From the NCBI GenBank assembly GCA_034928305.1, contig JAYFOZ010000001.1:173255-237254 (forward strand): a stretch of 64,000 nucleotides of DNA, written 5' to 3'. The stretch's first letter is position 1; each line of letters starts with the position of its first letter. A model generated the notes under the pieces. It saw only the letters and a program-made list of their open reading frames with translations, ran no database searches and was not told the origin of the DNA. This DNA comes from Methanomassiliicoccaceae archaeon. GTDB lineage: Archaea > Thermoplasmatota > Thermoplasmata > Methanomassiliicoccales > Methanomethylophilaceae. This document shows positions 1 through 10,486 of this stretch, in pieces. A program made the position numbers and the translations under genes.

Positions 1-21
1 GATGCGGCCCGTTCCGCCGCG

Positions 22-483
22 ATGGAATCCATGTCCTCCGACGATCCTCTGAGCGTCCCGATATACTGTGACGAAAAATGGAATTGGAATATGTTCATGG
101 CGGACGACGACAGCTTGGAATGGATGGTCATGGACGATGACGGAAACCTTATCCACAAGGCGTTCGCATCGGCCTCGAAGATACCTCTGAAACCTTTGGA
201 GGGCAGCGGAAGGGATGTGTTGGCACAATACATATCTATTCTCAACCGCAGGGAAAGCTTCATGGGCAACGTTTACAGCAATATCGATGCCGCGGGATAC
301 GAGGACTCCATGACCAACGCATATTACGGAACGCTAGCCGTTTCCGTGATCGACCTTCTCTGGAGAGCTTCCATGCTGGACCACTTCATGGGAACGGGGA
401 TGGGTGCCGAGGGCATCAGGGAAGCGATAATATTCTATGACATGGACCGCTTGGACGCACCTGCCATAGGGGCGTTCATCTGA
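22..483 (+). CDS. hypothetical protein (frame is open back to nt 1, so possibly 5'-truncated by the window edge)
   Basis: 153-aa ORF, acidic and Trp-rich. No motif I recognise. Confidence 0.4.
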   Translation: MESMSSDDPLSVPIYCDEKWNWNMFMADDDSLEWMVMDDDGNLIHKAFASASKIPLKPLEGSGRDVLAQYISILNRRESFMGNVYSNIDAAGYEDSMTNAYYGTLAVSVIDLLWRASMLDHFMGTGMGAEGIREAIIFYDMDRLDAPAIGAFI

Positions 484-549
484 CGTGCTGAAGAAGGTAT
501 TGACAAACCTTCAAATAGTAAACCCCTTATGAACATTCGGTGGCTTTAG

Positions 550-765
550 ATGATGAAACCATTATCTATCCTGGGCAAAGCGGTGAACAACAATGTCATC
601 GTGGTCCTCAGGGGTAAAAGGGAGTACAGGGGCGTCCTCGACGGATACGATCAGTTCATGAACGTAGTGCTGAAGAACGCTGACGAGCTCTTCGAAGGTC
701 AGCCTGTCGCCAAGCACAGAATGGCAATAGTGCGTGGGGACAACATAATTTACATTTCGCCATAA
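550..765 (+). CDS. Sm-like (LSm/SmAP) RNA-binding protein
   Basis: 71 aa with Sm1/Sm2-like sequence (VIVVLRGKREYRGVLDGYDQFMNVVL ... IVRGDNIIYI). Immediately precedes L37e, as is typical in archaea. Confidence 0.9.
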   Translation: MMKPLSILGKAVNNNVIVVLRGKREYRGVLDGYDQFMNVVLKNADELFEGQPVAKHRMAIVRGDNIIYISP

Positions 766-776
766 GGAGTGATACA

Positions 777-947
777 ATGGGAACTGGAACATCGGCAAAG
801 GGGAGACACAACAGCAACAGGACTCACATCCCATGCCGCAGGTGCGGAAAACGCTCGTACCACGTAAGGAAGAGCGCATGCGCTTCCTGTGGATACGGTA
901 AAACCGCCAAGCTCAGGAGCTACACCTGGGCTAAGTGCCACGATTAA
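777..947 (+). CDS. rpl37e: 50S ribosomal protein L37e (56 aa, below ORF-track cutoff)
   Basis: Hand translation: MGTGTSAKGRHNSNRTHIPCRRCGKRSYHVRKSACASCGYGKTAKLRSYTWAKCHD. It has the C4 zinc-ribbon CxxC-x14-CxxC typical of L37e. Confidence 0.9.
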   Translation: MGTGTSAKGRHNSNRTHIPCRRCGKRSYHVRKSACASCGYGKTAKLRSYTWAKCHD

Positions 948-2381
948 GTGAGAAATATGACAGGGCCGAAACACAGTTGCGGTGTTGTAGGAATCAGCTC
1001 CGAAAACAACGTTGTGCCTGCTCTGCAAAAATCTCTCATGATAATCCAGCACCGCGGACAGGAGAGTGCTGGAATATCCGTGTACAATTCTGAAGGTACT
1101 ATAGATACTGTCAAGGACAACGGTCTGGTTCAGACCGCTCTGCCAAAATACATGCTGAGCAAACTCCACGGTAACGTGGGCATCGGTCATGTGAGATATC
1201 CGACCACAGGGTCAAGGATCAACGGCAACGCGCAGCCTCTGACAGCCACTACCGGGTACGGCCCGTTGGCCATCGCGCATAACGGCGATATAACGAATTT
1301 TGATTCTCTAAAGGAGATGTACCTCTCGTCAGGCTGGTCTTTCTTCACGGATTCGGACAGCGAGCTTGTGACAAAGATATTCAGCAAATACTCGGCACAG
1401 TACACCGACCCGGTCAAGGCCCTTAAGGCCACGTGCGGCGACCTCGACGGATCGTTCTCACTGGTCATGCTGGTCGGCAACAGGCTTTTCGGGATAAGGG
1501 ACCCGAGAGGCATGAGGCCGCTGTGCATCGGCAGGATAAGGGACGGATATATGCTGGTCTCCGAATCTGCGGCGATCGATGCGATGAACGGCGAGCTCAT
1601 AAGGGACGTCATGCCCGGCGAGATAGTCGAGATAACCCCTACCGAGATAATCAGCTACCCATACAACACCACGGGCCCCAAGGCCCACTGCATGTTCGAG
1701 TGGGTTTATTTTGCGAGGCCCGATTCTATAATGGACGGCCGCGAGGTCTACGATGTAAGAAGAAAGATCGGCGAGATCCTTGCAAAGGAGAGCCCTGCAG
1801 ACGTCGACCTCATCATGCCGATACCGGACTCAGGGCGTGCACACGCGATCGGTTTCTCGGTAAAATCGAAGATCCCATACGAGGAAGGGTTCATGAAGAA
1901 CCGTTTTGCGGAGCGCACGTTCATTCTGCCCGACCAGAGGCAGAGAGAGGCGGCCGTGTCCACCAAGATGAATCCCATCAAGAGCACGGTCAACGGCAAG
2001 AGGATCCTGATCGTGGACGACAGCATAGTGCGCGGAACGACGCTCAAGAAACTTATCAGCATGCTGAGGAGCGCCGGAGCCAAAGAGGTCCACGTTCGCA
2101 TAGGATGTCCGCCGGTCATCGCTCCGTGCTACTACGGAGTGGACATGAAGACCCGCGACCAGTTCATTGCGACAAACCATTCCGTCGATCAGATATGTCA
2201 GATCATAGGCGCCGACAGCTTGGCGTACATCAGTGTGAAAGGTCTGATCGAAGCGGTCGGCATACCGGAGAGCGATCTGTGCCTGGCATGCGTATGCGGA
2301 AAGTATCCGACGCTCATTCCGGGCGAGGTCCACAGGTACCAGTCCACCCTCGTAGAGGACTTCAACAGCAAAACTGTATGA
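948..2381 (+). CDS. purF: amidophosphoribosyltransferase (glutamine PRPP amidotransferase)
   Basis: N-terminal nucleophile motif SCGVVGI after a short propeptide, and PRPP-binding motif ILIVDDSIVRGTT. The true start is more likely ATG 957 than GTG 948. Confidence 0.9.
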   Translation: MRNMTGPKHSCGVVGISSENNVVPALQKSLMIIQHRGQESAGISVYNSEGTIDTVKDNGLVQTALPKYMLSKLHGNVGIGHVRYPTTGSRINGNAQPLTATTGYGPLAIAHNGDITNFDSLKEMYLSSGWSFFTDSDSELVTKIFSKYSAQYTDPVKALKATCGDLDGSFSLVMLVGNRLFGIRDPRGMRPLCIGRIRDGYMLVSESAAIDAMNGELIRDVMPGEIVEITPTEIISYPYNTTGPKAHCMFEWVYFARPDSIMDGREVYDVRRKIGEILAKESPADVDLIMPIPDSGRAHAIGFSVKSKIPYEEGFMKNRFAERTFILPDQRQREAAVSTKMNPIKSTVNGKRILIVDDSIVRGTTLKKLISMLRSAGAKEVHVRIGCPPVIAPCYYGVDMKTRDQFIATNHSVDQICQIIGADSLAYISVKGLIEAVGIPESDLCLACVCGKYPTLIPGEVHRYQSTLVEDFNSKTV

Positions 2382-2430
2382 TGGCCACTAGGAAACCTTT
2401 AATAGGAACAATTAATCACTGAATCCTACC

Positions 2431-2503
2431 GGGCAGGTAGATCAGTTGGAAGATCGCTACATTGGCATTGTAGAGGTCGCGAGTTCGAATCTCGCCCTGT
2501 CCA
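2431..2503 (+). tRNA. tRNA-Ala (anticodon GGC)
   Basis: Hand-folded cloverleaf: acceptor GGGCAGG/CCTGTCC with the G3:U70 Ala identity pair, anticodon loop TTGGCAT, T-loop TTCGAAT. No encoded CCA. Confidence 0.85.
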
Positions 2504-2564
2504 CTCTTTTCAATATTAGACTGTCAAACTTGAGTTGATATGTTAATACTCACCATGTGGTGAC

Positions 2565-2582
2565 TTAATTTACACGGTGTAA
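2565..2582. promoter_or_regulatory. putative TetR operator overlapping the tetR promoter (TTAATTTACACGGTGTAA, containing the 7-1-7 palindrome TTTACAC-G-GTGTAAA)
   Basis: Perfect inverted repeat at 2569-2583. It is followed by the TATA-like TTTATTA at 2586-2592, about 27 nt before ATG 2619. Related copies lie at 3444-3461 and 3473-3490. Confidence 0.5.
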
Positions 2583-2618
2583 AGATTTATTAGAGCAAAA
2601 CACATCGTAGAGTCTGTC

Positions 2619-3251
2619 ATGGACCTGAAATTCAAAAGGGCACGTAGCAAAGAGAATAAAGAGAAGAGATTCTCAGATATACTCGATGTGTCCGCAGAGC
2701 TGTATGATAAATTGCGTTATCCGGGTCTGACATTTGAAGAAATATCAAAGAAATTGAATATCACGCGCCCTGCAATATACAAATATTTCAAAACGAAAGA
2801 TGAGATCCTCGTAGAGATACTTCTCAGGGATCTCGACGACCTATGCAACGATCTCACGGACAGTTTCGATGTTTCTTCAGAATATACGAAGGAAGAGATC
2901 GCCACATTATGGACAGATGTCATGATGAAGAACAAGAGGATCATGGACGTTATGTCGCTTCATTCTTCATCCATCGAAAAGACGATCTCTGCCGAATACA
3001 ACAGCGGACCGGAAAGTGTTTTAAAAGGATATATCCGGGCAATCAAGGAATTGATAAAACATCTCGTTCCCGGCATCGACGATAACACTGCCGTTGATTT
3101 CGTCTTGTATCAGATATCATTTGCCGTAGGCCTATATCCGTTCATGAAGATTAAAATGAACGATACGGATTCAAACAAGGAGATATTCAGATTCAACAGG
3201 ATATACCGTGAGAATATCCTTATAAAACTAAAATCGATGAACTGTTCGTGA
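2619..3251 (+). CDS. TetR/AcrR-family transcriptional regulator
   Basis: N-terminal HTH signature (TFEEISKKLNITRPAIYKYFKTKDEIL), 210 aa, helical C-terminal domain. Confidence 0.85.
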   Translation: MDLKFKRARSKENKEKRFSDILDVSAELYDKLRYPGLTFEEISKKLNITRPAIYKYFKTKDEILVEILLRDLDDLCNDLTDSFDVSSEYTKEEIATLWTDVMMKNKRIMDVMSLHSSSIEKTISAEYNSGPESVLKGYIRAIKELIKHLVPGIDDNTAVDFVLYQISFAVGLYPFMKIKMNDTDSNKEIFRFNRIYRENILIKLKSMNCS

Positions 3252-3320
3252 GAAAATATCCACGCCGTCGTTCAAACGGCATAGAAAAAGAAAAGGGTTG
3301 AACGCGAAATAGTTTATTCT

Positions 3321-3410
3321 TTACTTTTTCTCTGCTTTTGCCTTTGCTTTCTCTGCTTTCTTTTTTGCGTAGTTGCTTTTCATTTCTGCTATTTTGTTCT
3401 TGAAGCTCAT
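3321..3410 (-). CDS. possible 29-aa lysine-rich micro-protein (MSFKNKIAEMKSNYAKKKAEKAKAKAEKK)
   Basis: Hand-translated ATG..TAA ORF. Its upstream region carries a TATA-like element flanked by two TetR-operator-like motifs. No homology is claimed. Confidence 0.25.
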   Translation of the reverse strand: MSFKNKIAEMKSNYAKKKAEKAKAKAEKK

Positions 3411-3443
3411 TTTTATGCCCCCTTGCATGTTCTGCAAGTTAAG

Positions 3444-3490
3444 TTACACATAGTAATTTAAGTATAAATAGGTTACTTGGTGTAAATTAA
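3444..3490 (-). promoter_or_regulatory. promoter of the 3410 micro-ORF: two operator-like sites flanking a TATA box
   Basis: Read on the minus strand: TTAATTTACACCAAGTAA (3473-3490), TATTTATAC (3462-3470), TTAAATTACTATGTGTAA (3444-3461). Both sites closely resemble the tetR-promoter site. Confidence 0.45.
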
Positions 3491-3613
3491 CAAATAAAAT
3501 CAAAGGCCCATCTTTCAAAGGTTCTAAAATGGCGAATCCGGACAAACCATATGTCGTCTGATGGAAAATTCTAAAAGACGGTCGCAGAAAAATGTGAATT
3601 ATTGATATTTCAG

Positions 3614-3650
3614 TGACAGACTAAGGGATTAAATCCCTTTCAGTCTGTCA
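3614..3650. terminator. strong hairpin (about 15 bp stem with a 2-nt bulge), candidate terminator downstream of the trp operon / 45-aa ORF
   Basis: TGACAGACTAAGGGATT / AATCCCTT(TC)AGTCTGTCA inverted repeat in an AT-rich spacer. Confidence 0.3.
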
Positions 3651-3684
3651 AATGAGAGAAGATATCCTTCAAAGACCAAGCGAT

Positions 3685-3822
3685 TTACCTGATCTTCTTC
3701 TCAAGTTTGGCAAGCTTCTTCTTTGCACCGTTGTCTCCGGAGTTTACCTGCCGAGTAAGTTCCTCCGCTTTTTCTTTCTTAACCTTGTTCTGCTTCGATA
3801 ACTGTTTTTTGCTCATCGCCAT
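3685..3822 (-). CDS. possible 45-aa basic micro-protein (MAMSKKQLSKQNKVKKEKAEELTRQVNSGDNGAKKKLAKLEKKIR)
   Basis: Hand-translated ORF directly downstream of trpA on the same strand. Lys-rich, predicted helical. No homology is claimed. Confidence 0.3.
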   Translation of the reverse strand: MAMSKKQLSKQNKVKKEKAEELTRQVNSGDNGAKKKLAKLEKKIR

Positions 3823-3924
3823 GCAATAGTCACTTGACCCGCCTTGTACCATACTATATTTAGACTTTGGCTTTTCTGTAATCGATTATTTTCGAACGAT
3901 ATTGGAATGTGGACGATTCCGCCC

Positions 3925-4701
3925 TCAAATATCGCGGATCGCATCCTTCATGGACCTCACATATTCACCTATGTGAAAAACAGAGTCTTTACCTTCTTCG
4001 GCAATGATCTTAATGATGGCGCTTCCTACGATGACGCCATCGCTCAGACCGGCCATTTTCGCTGCTTGCTCGGGTTTGGAGATGCCGAACCCCACAGCAC
4101 AAGGAATATTTGTGCTCCTTCTCACCAATTCGACCATGGACCCGATATCGGTCGTTATCTCGGCCCTTGTACCTGTGACTCCCAGTGAGGAAACAATGTA
4201 TACGAATCCCTTGGCCTCTTTGGCTATCATCGATATACGGTCCTCGGATGTGGGTGCGATCAACGATATCAGGTCCAATCCATATTTACGGCATATCGGA
4301 TCGAACTCGTCCTTTTCTTCAAATGGTACATCGGGCAATATCAGGCCGTCAATGCCGATGTCCCTGCATATCGATATGAATCTCTCGGAACCATATGAGA
4401 ACACTACATTCGCATATGTCATGAACACCATTGGCACTTTCACATCGTTACGTATCTCGCGGACCATATCGAAGATATCGTCTGTTGTGACCCCGTTCTT
4501 CAAAGCACGTGCATTGGCAGCCTGTATGGTCGGTCCTTCCGCCGTCGGATCCGAGAACGGGATACCCAGCTCTATCAGGTCCGCACCGTTCATGACCATT
4601 TCCTTTACTGCCTTTTTCGTTGTCTCGAGGTCGGGGTCTCCGCAGGTGATGAATGCAATAAACGCCTTACCGTTGGCAAATGCGTCTCTGATGCTGCTCA
4701 T
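3925..4701 (-). CDS. trpA: tryptophan synthase alpha chain
   Basis: [19 protein letters not shown] motif. 4-nt overlap with trpB. Confidence 0.95.
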   Translation of the reverse strand: MSSIRDAFANGKAFIAFITCGDPDLETTKKAVKEMVMNGADLIELGIPFSDPTAEGPTIQAANARALKNGVTTDDIFDMVREIRNDVKVPMVFMTYANVVFSYGSERFISICRDIGIDGLILPDVPFEEKDEFDPICRKYGLDLISLIAPTSEDRISMIAKEAKGFVYIVSSLGVTGTRAEITTDIGSMVELVRRSTNIPCAVGFGISKPEQAAKMAGLSDGVIVGSAIIKIIAEEGKDSVFHIGEYVRSMKDAIRDI

Positions 4702-5885
4702 TCTCTGACATCCTCCCCTCTATATCTTGCGATCGCAGCGCAATCTTTATCTCCGCGGCCTGAAAGCGTGACGACCAATATGTCGTTCCTTCCCATTTCC
4801 GGGGCGATCTTCATTACATGTGCGAGAGCATGTGCCGATTCTATCGCGGGGATTATGCCCTCCATTTTTGAAAGATATTCGAAAGCCTTGACCGCCTCCT
4901 CGTCTGTAACGGGAACATATTCGGCCCGGCGGATATCATATAGCCATGCATGTTCAGGCCCTATGCCCGGATAATCCAATCCCGCCGATATTGAATACAC
5001 GGGAGCGATCTGACCATATTCATCCTGACAAAAATAAGATTTCATTCCATGAAATATCCCGGCACGTCCGGTATTGATCGTAGCGGCCGTCTCGAACGAA
5101 TCTATTCCGCGCCCTGCTGCTTCGCAACCGATCAAACGAACATTATCATCGTTTATGAAATCGTAGAATGAACCGATCGCATTGGAACCTCCTCCCACAC
5201 ATGCTATTATCGCAGTCGGAAGTCTGCCCTCTTTTTCCAATATCTGCTGTTTTATCTCCTTACCGATCACGCTTTGAAAATCTCTGACGATCATGGGGAA
5301 CGGATGAGGGCCCATCACAGATCCGAGACAATAATGGGTGTCCTCAATGCGATTTGTCCATTCGCGCATGGCTTCGGAAACAGCATCCTTGAGCGTTCCT
5401 GTACCCGATCCTACAGATACCACTTCGGCTCCGAGGAGCCTCATCTTGTAAACATTGAGGGCCTGGCGTTCCATGTCGTTGTTGCCCATGAATACTACGC
5501 ATTCCATCCCCATCAGCGCGGCCGCCGTAGCCGTAGCCACCCCGTGCTGTCCGGCTCCGGTCTCGGCTATCAGACGTGTCTTGCCCATCTTTTTGGCCAA
5601 CAGCGCCTGTCCCAGCACATTATTGATCTTGTGTGCGCCGGTATGATTCAGGTCTTCGCGTTTCAAATATATCTTCGCACCGCCCAGATCATTCGACATT
5701 CTTTCTGCGAAATACAATCTGCTGGGCCTTCCTGCATATTCGTTGAGGAGTCTATCCAATTCGGAAACGAATTCCGGATCCGCCTTATAACGGTCATATG
5801 CTTTCTCCAACTCAATGACCGCATTCATCAGGGTCTCCGGTATGTACTGTCCCCCATGTTCTCCGAATCTTCCTTTCTTTGTCAT
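4698..5885 (-). CDS. trpB: tryptophan synthase beta chain
   Basis: [13 protein letters not shown], the PLP-lysine context [11 protein letters not shown], and GGGSNAIG. Confidence 0.95.
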   Translation of the reverse strand: MTKKGRFGEHGGQYIPETLMNAVIELEKAYDRYKADPEFVSELDRLLNEYAGRPSRLYFAERMSNDLGGAKIYLKREDLNHTGAHKINNVLGQALLAKKMGKTRLIAETGAGQHGVATATAAALMGMECVVFMGNNDMERQALNVYKMRLLGAEVVSVGSGTGTLKDAVSEAMREWTNRIEDTHYCLGSVMGPHPFPMIVRDFQSVIGKEIKQQILEKEGRLPTAIIACVGGGSNAIGSFYDFINDDNVRLIGCEAAGRGIDSFETAATINTGRAGIFHGMKSYFCQDEYGQIAPVYSISAGLDYPGIGPEHAWLYDIRRAEYVPVTDEEAVKAFEYLSKMEGIIPAIESAHALAHVMKIAPEMGRNDILVVTLSGRGDKDCAAIARYRGEDVRE

Positions 5886-6503
5886 TTACTCATCTTCTTC
5901 ATTCGATTTTCTAACAGCATCAATGAACTGTTTTATTTTTTGACGATCTTTGCTCCCATCCGTCTCCACTCCGGAACTGGTGTCGACGGCATATGGGCGG
6001 AACGATCTCACAATGTCATACACGTTGTACGGATCCAACCCTCCGGCAAAGAAAAACGGACGAGACCCCTTGTCAATCAGCGTTCCGTCAAATCGTTCTC
6101 CCGTACCGCCCGTTCCGTTATCCAATAATATGATATCTGCAGAAGACGCGATCGCCCCCTCGAAATCGTTCCTGTTGTTTATTCCGAATGCTTTCATTAT
6201 TGGTACGTCCGTCTGTTTGCGTATGGTTCCGATGAATGCATCGTCCTCGCTGCCATGGAGCTGTATCATTCCGATAGTTCCGTCTTCTACTAATTTTACA
6301 ATAAATTCGTCAGAATGATCGACAAATACTCCGACGCTTGTTATCCTGCGGTCCATCAAAGAACGCAGATGGGCCGCCGTCTCAGGCGTGACATGTCTGC
6401 GGCTTTTGTCAAAGAATACAAATCCTGCATAATCGGGGAGCAGATCATTGATGCATTCCACATCCTCGGGTGTCCTGATACCGCATATCTTGATCTTCGT
6501 CAT
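5886..6503 (-). CDS. trpF: phosphoribosylanthranilate isomerase
   Basis: [16 protein letters not shown]-terminus, about 205 aa, position within the operon. Confidence 0.9.
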   Translation of the reverse strand: MTKIKICGIRTPEDVECINDLLPDYAGFVFFDKSRRHVTPETAAHLRSLMDRRITSVGVFVDHSDEFIVKLVEDGTIGMIQLHGSEDDAFIGTIRKQTDVPIMKAFGINNRNDFEGAIASSADIILLDNGTGGTGERFDGTLIDKGSRPFFFAGGLDPYNVYDIVRSFRPYAVDTSSGVETDGSKDRQKIKQFIDAVRKSNEEDE

Positions 6504-7297
6504 TGGACGCCTTTCAGTTCGTTAAGTCTTTTCTTCTTATCATCAGAACGCATCAATGTTTCTCCGACAAGCACCCCGTCCACCTTGGATGCTCGAAGCA
6601 TATCCACATCATGCGAATTGTTTATTCCGCTCTCGGCTATGAAAAGCACATCTTCCGGTACCATTTTTCTCAGCCTTATGCTGTTCTCGAGATCGACCGT
6701 GAAATCGCTCAAATTCCTATTATTTACGCCGATCATCCTCGCGCCCGCATCTAAGGCAGATGAGATATCATGTTCATCGTGTGCTTCTACCAGTGCGGAC
6801 AGTCCGAGATCATCGCAGATCCCTATGTATCTGTGAAGATCGTCGCTATTCGTGATCGAACATATCAGCAGCACCGCTGAAGCGCCCAGCGTCTTCGCCT
6901 CATAGATCATGTAGTCGTCAACCGTGAAATCCTTTCTCAGACAGGGTACCGATACGGTCCCGGCTATTTTCTTCAGATGTTCATTGTCACCCAAGAACCA
7001 TTTTGGTTCGGTCAATACAGATATGCATGACGCGCCGGCGGACTCGTATTCTCCAGCTATCCTTTCGAAAGGATAATCGGTTACTATCTTTCCTTTGGAC
7101 GGAGAAGCTCGTTTGCATTCGCATATGAAGGACATGTCATCGCTCGATAAGGCCTTCTCGAATGGGAATCCGGTATCACATTCCATAGACGATGCCGAGG
7201 CCCTCATTTCTTCGAAGGAGATGTGCTTTTTCGATTCTTTGACACGAACCTTGGCATATTCCGCTATCGTCTGTAGAATGTCCGTCATGTATCTCAC
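6500..7297 (-). CDS. trpC: indole-3-glycerol-phosphate synthase
   Basis: [22 protein letters not shown] and GVNNRNL motifs. Confidence 0.9.
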   Translation of the reverse strand: MRYMTDILQTIAEYAKVRVKESKKHISFEEMRASASSMECDTGFPFEKALSSDDMSFICECKRASPSKGKIVTDYPFERIAGEYESAGASCISVLTEPKWFLGDNEHLKKIAGTVSVPCLRKDFTVDDYMIYEAKTLGASAVLLICSITNSDDLHRYIGICDDLGLSALVEAHDEHDISSALDAGARMIGVNNRNLSDFTVDLENSIRLRKMVPEDVLFIAESGINNSHDVDMLRASKVDGVLVGETLMRSDDKKKRLNELKGVQ

Positions 7298-8310
7298 GCA
7301 CTCGAGGCTTTGATGAATTCTTCCAGTTTAGACGCAGCCGCACCGCTGTCGATGATCTCTGTCGCGAGATCTATCCCCTGACCGATGTTGGCCGCTTTGC
7401 CGGCTACATACAGGGCCGAACCTGCATTGATCAATATGGAATTACGGCGGGCTCCCCCTTCTCCGTCCAGTATAGAACGTGTTATAGCCGCATTCTGAGC
7501 GGGTGTGCCTCCGACAAGTTCTTCTTTTTTACCCATAGGGAGGCCGAAATCCTCAGGGGACATCTCGAATGACCTGTAGTATCCACTTTTTATCTCGCAA
7601 ACCGTAGTCGGAGCGCTTATAGAAATCTCATCTAATCTATCCTGTCCGTATACCACCATTCCGTGTTCTACTCCGAGTTTCATCAGTACCTTTGCCAACG
7701 GTTCCACCAACGATTCGCTGTACACCCCCAGAAGCTGCATGGATGGTGATGCAGGGTTGGTCAGAGGGCCGAGGATATTGAACACGGTACGAAATCCCAG
7801 TTCTTTCCGTATCGAACCGACATACTTCATCGATGTGTGATATTTTTGTGCAAAAATGAAACATATACCCACTTCATCGAGCAGTTCAACGCATCTTTGA
7901 GGCGAGAGGTCTATGTTCACCCCCAACGCCTCCAGACAATCGGCTGTTCCACATCTAGATGAGGCTGCACGGTTGCCGTGTTTTGCAATCTTGACACCTG
8001 CCGCCGCGACCACCAATGCGGACGTCGTCGAGATATTGAAGCTCTGCGACCCGTCACCGCCTGTGCCGACTATATCCATTATTTTCGCATCATGTACGAT
8101 CTTTGTGGAATGTTCTCTCATGGCTGCGGCACAGCCCGTTATCTCGTCAATGGTCTCCGCATTGGTATTCTTCGTGCTCAATGCAGCGAGAAATGCCGCA
8201 TTCTGGATCTGGGTGGTCCGCCCAGTCATGATCTCGTTCATAACCTGATAGGCCTCGTCATACGTGAGGTCCTCTTTGTTGACCGTCTTGATTATTGCTT
8301 CTTTGATCAT
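7294..8310 (-). CDS. trpD: anthranilate phosphoribosyltransferase
   Basis: [26 protein letters not shown] and NILGPLTNP motifs. Confidence 0.95.
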   Translation of the reverse strand: MIKEAIIKTVNKEDLTYDEAYQVMNEIMTGRTTQIQNAAFLAALSTKNTNAETIDEITGCAAAMREHSTKIVHDAKIMDIVGTGGDGSQSFNISTTSALVVAAAGVKIAKHGNRAASSRCGTADCLEALGVNIDLSPQRCVELLDEVGICFIFAQKYHTSMKYVGSIRKELGFRTVFNILGPLTNPASPSMQLLGVYSESLVEPLAKVLMKLGVEHGMVVYGQDRLDEISISAPTTVCEIKSGYYRSFEMSPEDFGLPMGKKEELVGGTPAQNAAITRSILDGEGGARRNSILINAGSALYVAGKAANIGQGIDLATEIIDSGAAASKLEEFIKASSA

Positions 8311-8314
8311 GATA

Positions 8315-8890
8315 TCATCTGCCCATTATTTCGAAGAAATTACGCATGATCTGTTCTCCGTCGGGCGTCATTATGGACTCCGGATGGAACTGGACCCCAT
8401 AAACGTCATAACTTCTGTGGCATACGGCCATGACTTCTCTGTCCTCGCTCTTTGCTATAGTTCTGAGACATGCGGGAAGAGTTTCCTGAACAACCGCCAG
8501 AGAATGATAACGTGCTACCGGAACACTTTCCGGGCATCCTCTGAATATCGGGCTTTCGGTGTGTAATTTCACTATGGACTGTTTGCCGTGCATCTGTGTT
8601 TTTGCGTACGATACAGTTGCGCCGTAGGCCTCGCATATGGCCTGATGTCCGAGACAGACCCCCAATATCGGGATGTTCTTTCCGAATGCGCTGACCGCAT
8701 CTACGCATATGCCCGCATCCTCCGGTCTTCCCGGTCCGGGCGACAATACTATTGCATCCGGGTTCATTTTCTCGATCTCATCGAGTGTGATCTTATCATT
8801 TCTGACGACCTTGATGTCAGGGTCTATAGAACCAATCAGCTGATACAGATTATATGAAAAACTATCATAATTATCGATAAGCAATATCAT
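8315..8890 (-). CDS. trpG: anthranilate synthase component II (glutamine amidotransferase)
   Basis: [15 protein letters not shown] start. Triad context GVCLGHQ and VQFHPES. ATG 8888-8890 overlaps the trpE stop (ATGA), so the longer ORF-track start at 8947 is rejected. Confidence 0.9.
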   Translation of the reverse strand: MILLIDNYDSFSYNLYQLIGSIDPDIKVVRNDKITLDEIEKMNPDAIVLSPGPGRPEDAGICVDAVSAFGKNIPILGVCLGHQAICEAYGATVSYAKTQMHGKQSIVKLHTESPIFRGCPESVPVARYHSLAVVQETLPACLRTIAKSEDREVMAVCHRSYDVYGVQFHPESIMTPDGEQIMRNFFEIMGR

Positions 8891-10386
8891 TCCGATCCCT
8901 CCGAGATCTTGAGAGCTTTTACCACTGCCGCAGCTTTGTCGATACATTCCTGATATTCTCTCTCAGGTACCGAGTCGGCCACTATTCCTGCGCCTGTTCT
9001 TATGAAGACCTTTCCGTTCTTTTTATATGCTATTCTGATTGCGATACACGTGTCCAGATTTCCGGTGAAATCAATATATCCTATGGCTCCGCCGTATATT
9101 CCGCGTTTATTTTTCTCAATATCGTTTATCAGTTGACACGCTCTTATCTTGGGCGCTCCGGAAAGTGTTCCTGCGGGCAATATGGCATCCAGTACGTCAA
9201 GTGCATCAAAACCGTCACGTATTTCTCCGCATACCGTGGAACCAATGTGCATCACGTGGGAAAAACGCTCCACGGAGTGATATTTCTCCACTTTAACCGT
9301 ACCGAACTTGCTGATCTTACCAACGTCGTTCCTTCCAAGATCTACCAGCATATTGTGTTCTGCAAGTTCTTTGGTATCAGACAGGAGATCCATTTCCAGA
9401 GCTTTGTCTTCCTCTTCCGTCTTTCCCCTGGGGCGTGTACCCGCCAAAGGGAACGTATGCAATATTCCGTCCTTGAGTTTCACCAGTGTCTCGGGAGATG
9501 CACCGGCCACTTCCATGTCCGAACCTGAAAAGTAGAACATATACGGGGAAGGGTTGAGTTTTCTCAGTGCACAGTATGTGTTTAGAAGACTTCCTTCATA
9601 TTCGGTCTCCAAACGATTCGACAGGACCATCTGGAATATGTCCCCTTCCCTGATGTGGTGTTTTGCTGTCTCGACCATGGCGCAATATCTTTCTTTGTCG
9701 AAAAGGGGTTTCAATTCCGTCATCATCTTTCCGGGTTCATTCTTTTTCGGTTTACCGTTGTCAACGAGGTCAACCATCTGCTGCAGATCCAGAACGGCTT
9801 TGTTATAATTCGTATCGGCATCAGAAAGATCGATGTTCACGATGAATACGATCTTGCGGTCAAGGTTATCGAAGGCGATCACCTTATCGAAAAGCATTAT
9901 GTCAACGTCTTTGAATCCTTCAGTATCTTCAGCATCCAGATTTAAAACGGGTTCGGAATATTTCAGATAATCATATGAGAAGTATCCGACAAATCCCCCT
10001 GAAAAGGGAGGAAGATAATCCATACGCGGACTCTTATGCTCGTTCAATATCTGTCTTATATATTTTCCCGGATCGTCGGTCTTGAACGACAGTGAATCCA
10101 CCTTCATGTTTCCGTTCACACATGTTATCGATGTCTTGGGATCATAACCCAGGAAAGTGTATCTTCCCCATGTCGCATCTTTTTCCACCGACTCCAATAT
10201 GTAGCAGTGGCCCGAGATGTTTTTCAGAATGCGAAGTATATCGATCGGTGTCTTCTCGCCCGACGGAATCTCCGTGCTTACGGGAGCTGTTTTATACGCG
10301 CCGTTATTGGCCAATTTCCCTATCTCTTCAATGCTGGGACAGATTACTTTTATCATTTCCTTGACGACATCCGACTTTGCAAACAC
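8887..10386 (-). CDS. trpE: anthranilate synthase component I
   Basis: LESVE, chorismate-binding C-terminal motifs (GTLSGAPK, RGIYGGAIGY), 499 aa. Confidence 0.95.
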   Translation of the reverse strand: MFAKSDVVKEMIKVICPSIEEIGKLANNGAYKTAPVSTEIPSGEKTPIDILRILKNISGHCYILESVEKDATWGRYTFLGYDPKTSITCVNGNMKVDSLSFKTDDPGKYIRQILNEHKSPRMDYLPPFSGGFVGYFSYDYLKYSEPVLNLDAEDTEGFKDVDIMLFDKVIAFDNLDRKIVFIVNIDLSDADTNYNKAVLDLQQMVDLVDNGKPKKNEPGKMMTELKPLFDKERYCAMVETAKHHIREGDIFQMVLSNRLETEYEGSLLNTYCALRKLNPSPYMFYFSGSDMEVAGASPETLVKLKDGILHTFPLAGTRPRGKTEEEDKALEMDLLSDTKELAEHNMLVDLGRNDVGKISKFGTVKVEKYHSVERFSHVMHIGSTVCGEIRDGFDALDVLDAILPAGTLSGAPKIRACQLINDIEKNKRGIYGGAIGYIDFTGNLDTCIAIRIAYKKNGKVFIRTGAGIVADSVPEREYQECIDKAAAVVKALKISEGSE

Positions 10387-10486
10387 AGGTCCTTTACCCC
10401 TTCTTCAATAACCTTAAACCTACATCACGTATATATTTAACTACATTGATGTACATTTTAGTTCATTAATAAACCTTATAGGTGAT

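Noticed and set aside
1433-2422. Long alternative-frame and antisense ORFs inside well-supported genes, for example 1433-2422 (+), 14333-15382 (+), 22281-23063 (-), 25648-26475 (-), 27795-28730 (-), 38832-39995 (-), 59168-60577 (+).
   Set aside because: Their translations are Arg/Pro/His/Gly-rich or otherwise low-complexity, typical of shadow frames in GC-rich coding DNA. Each lies fully within a gene whose own frame carries strong family motifs.
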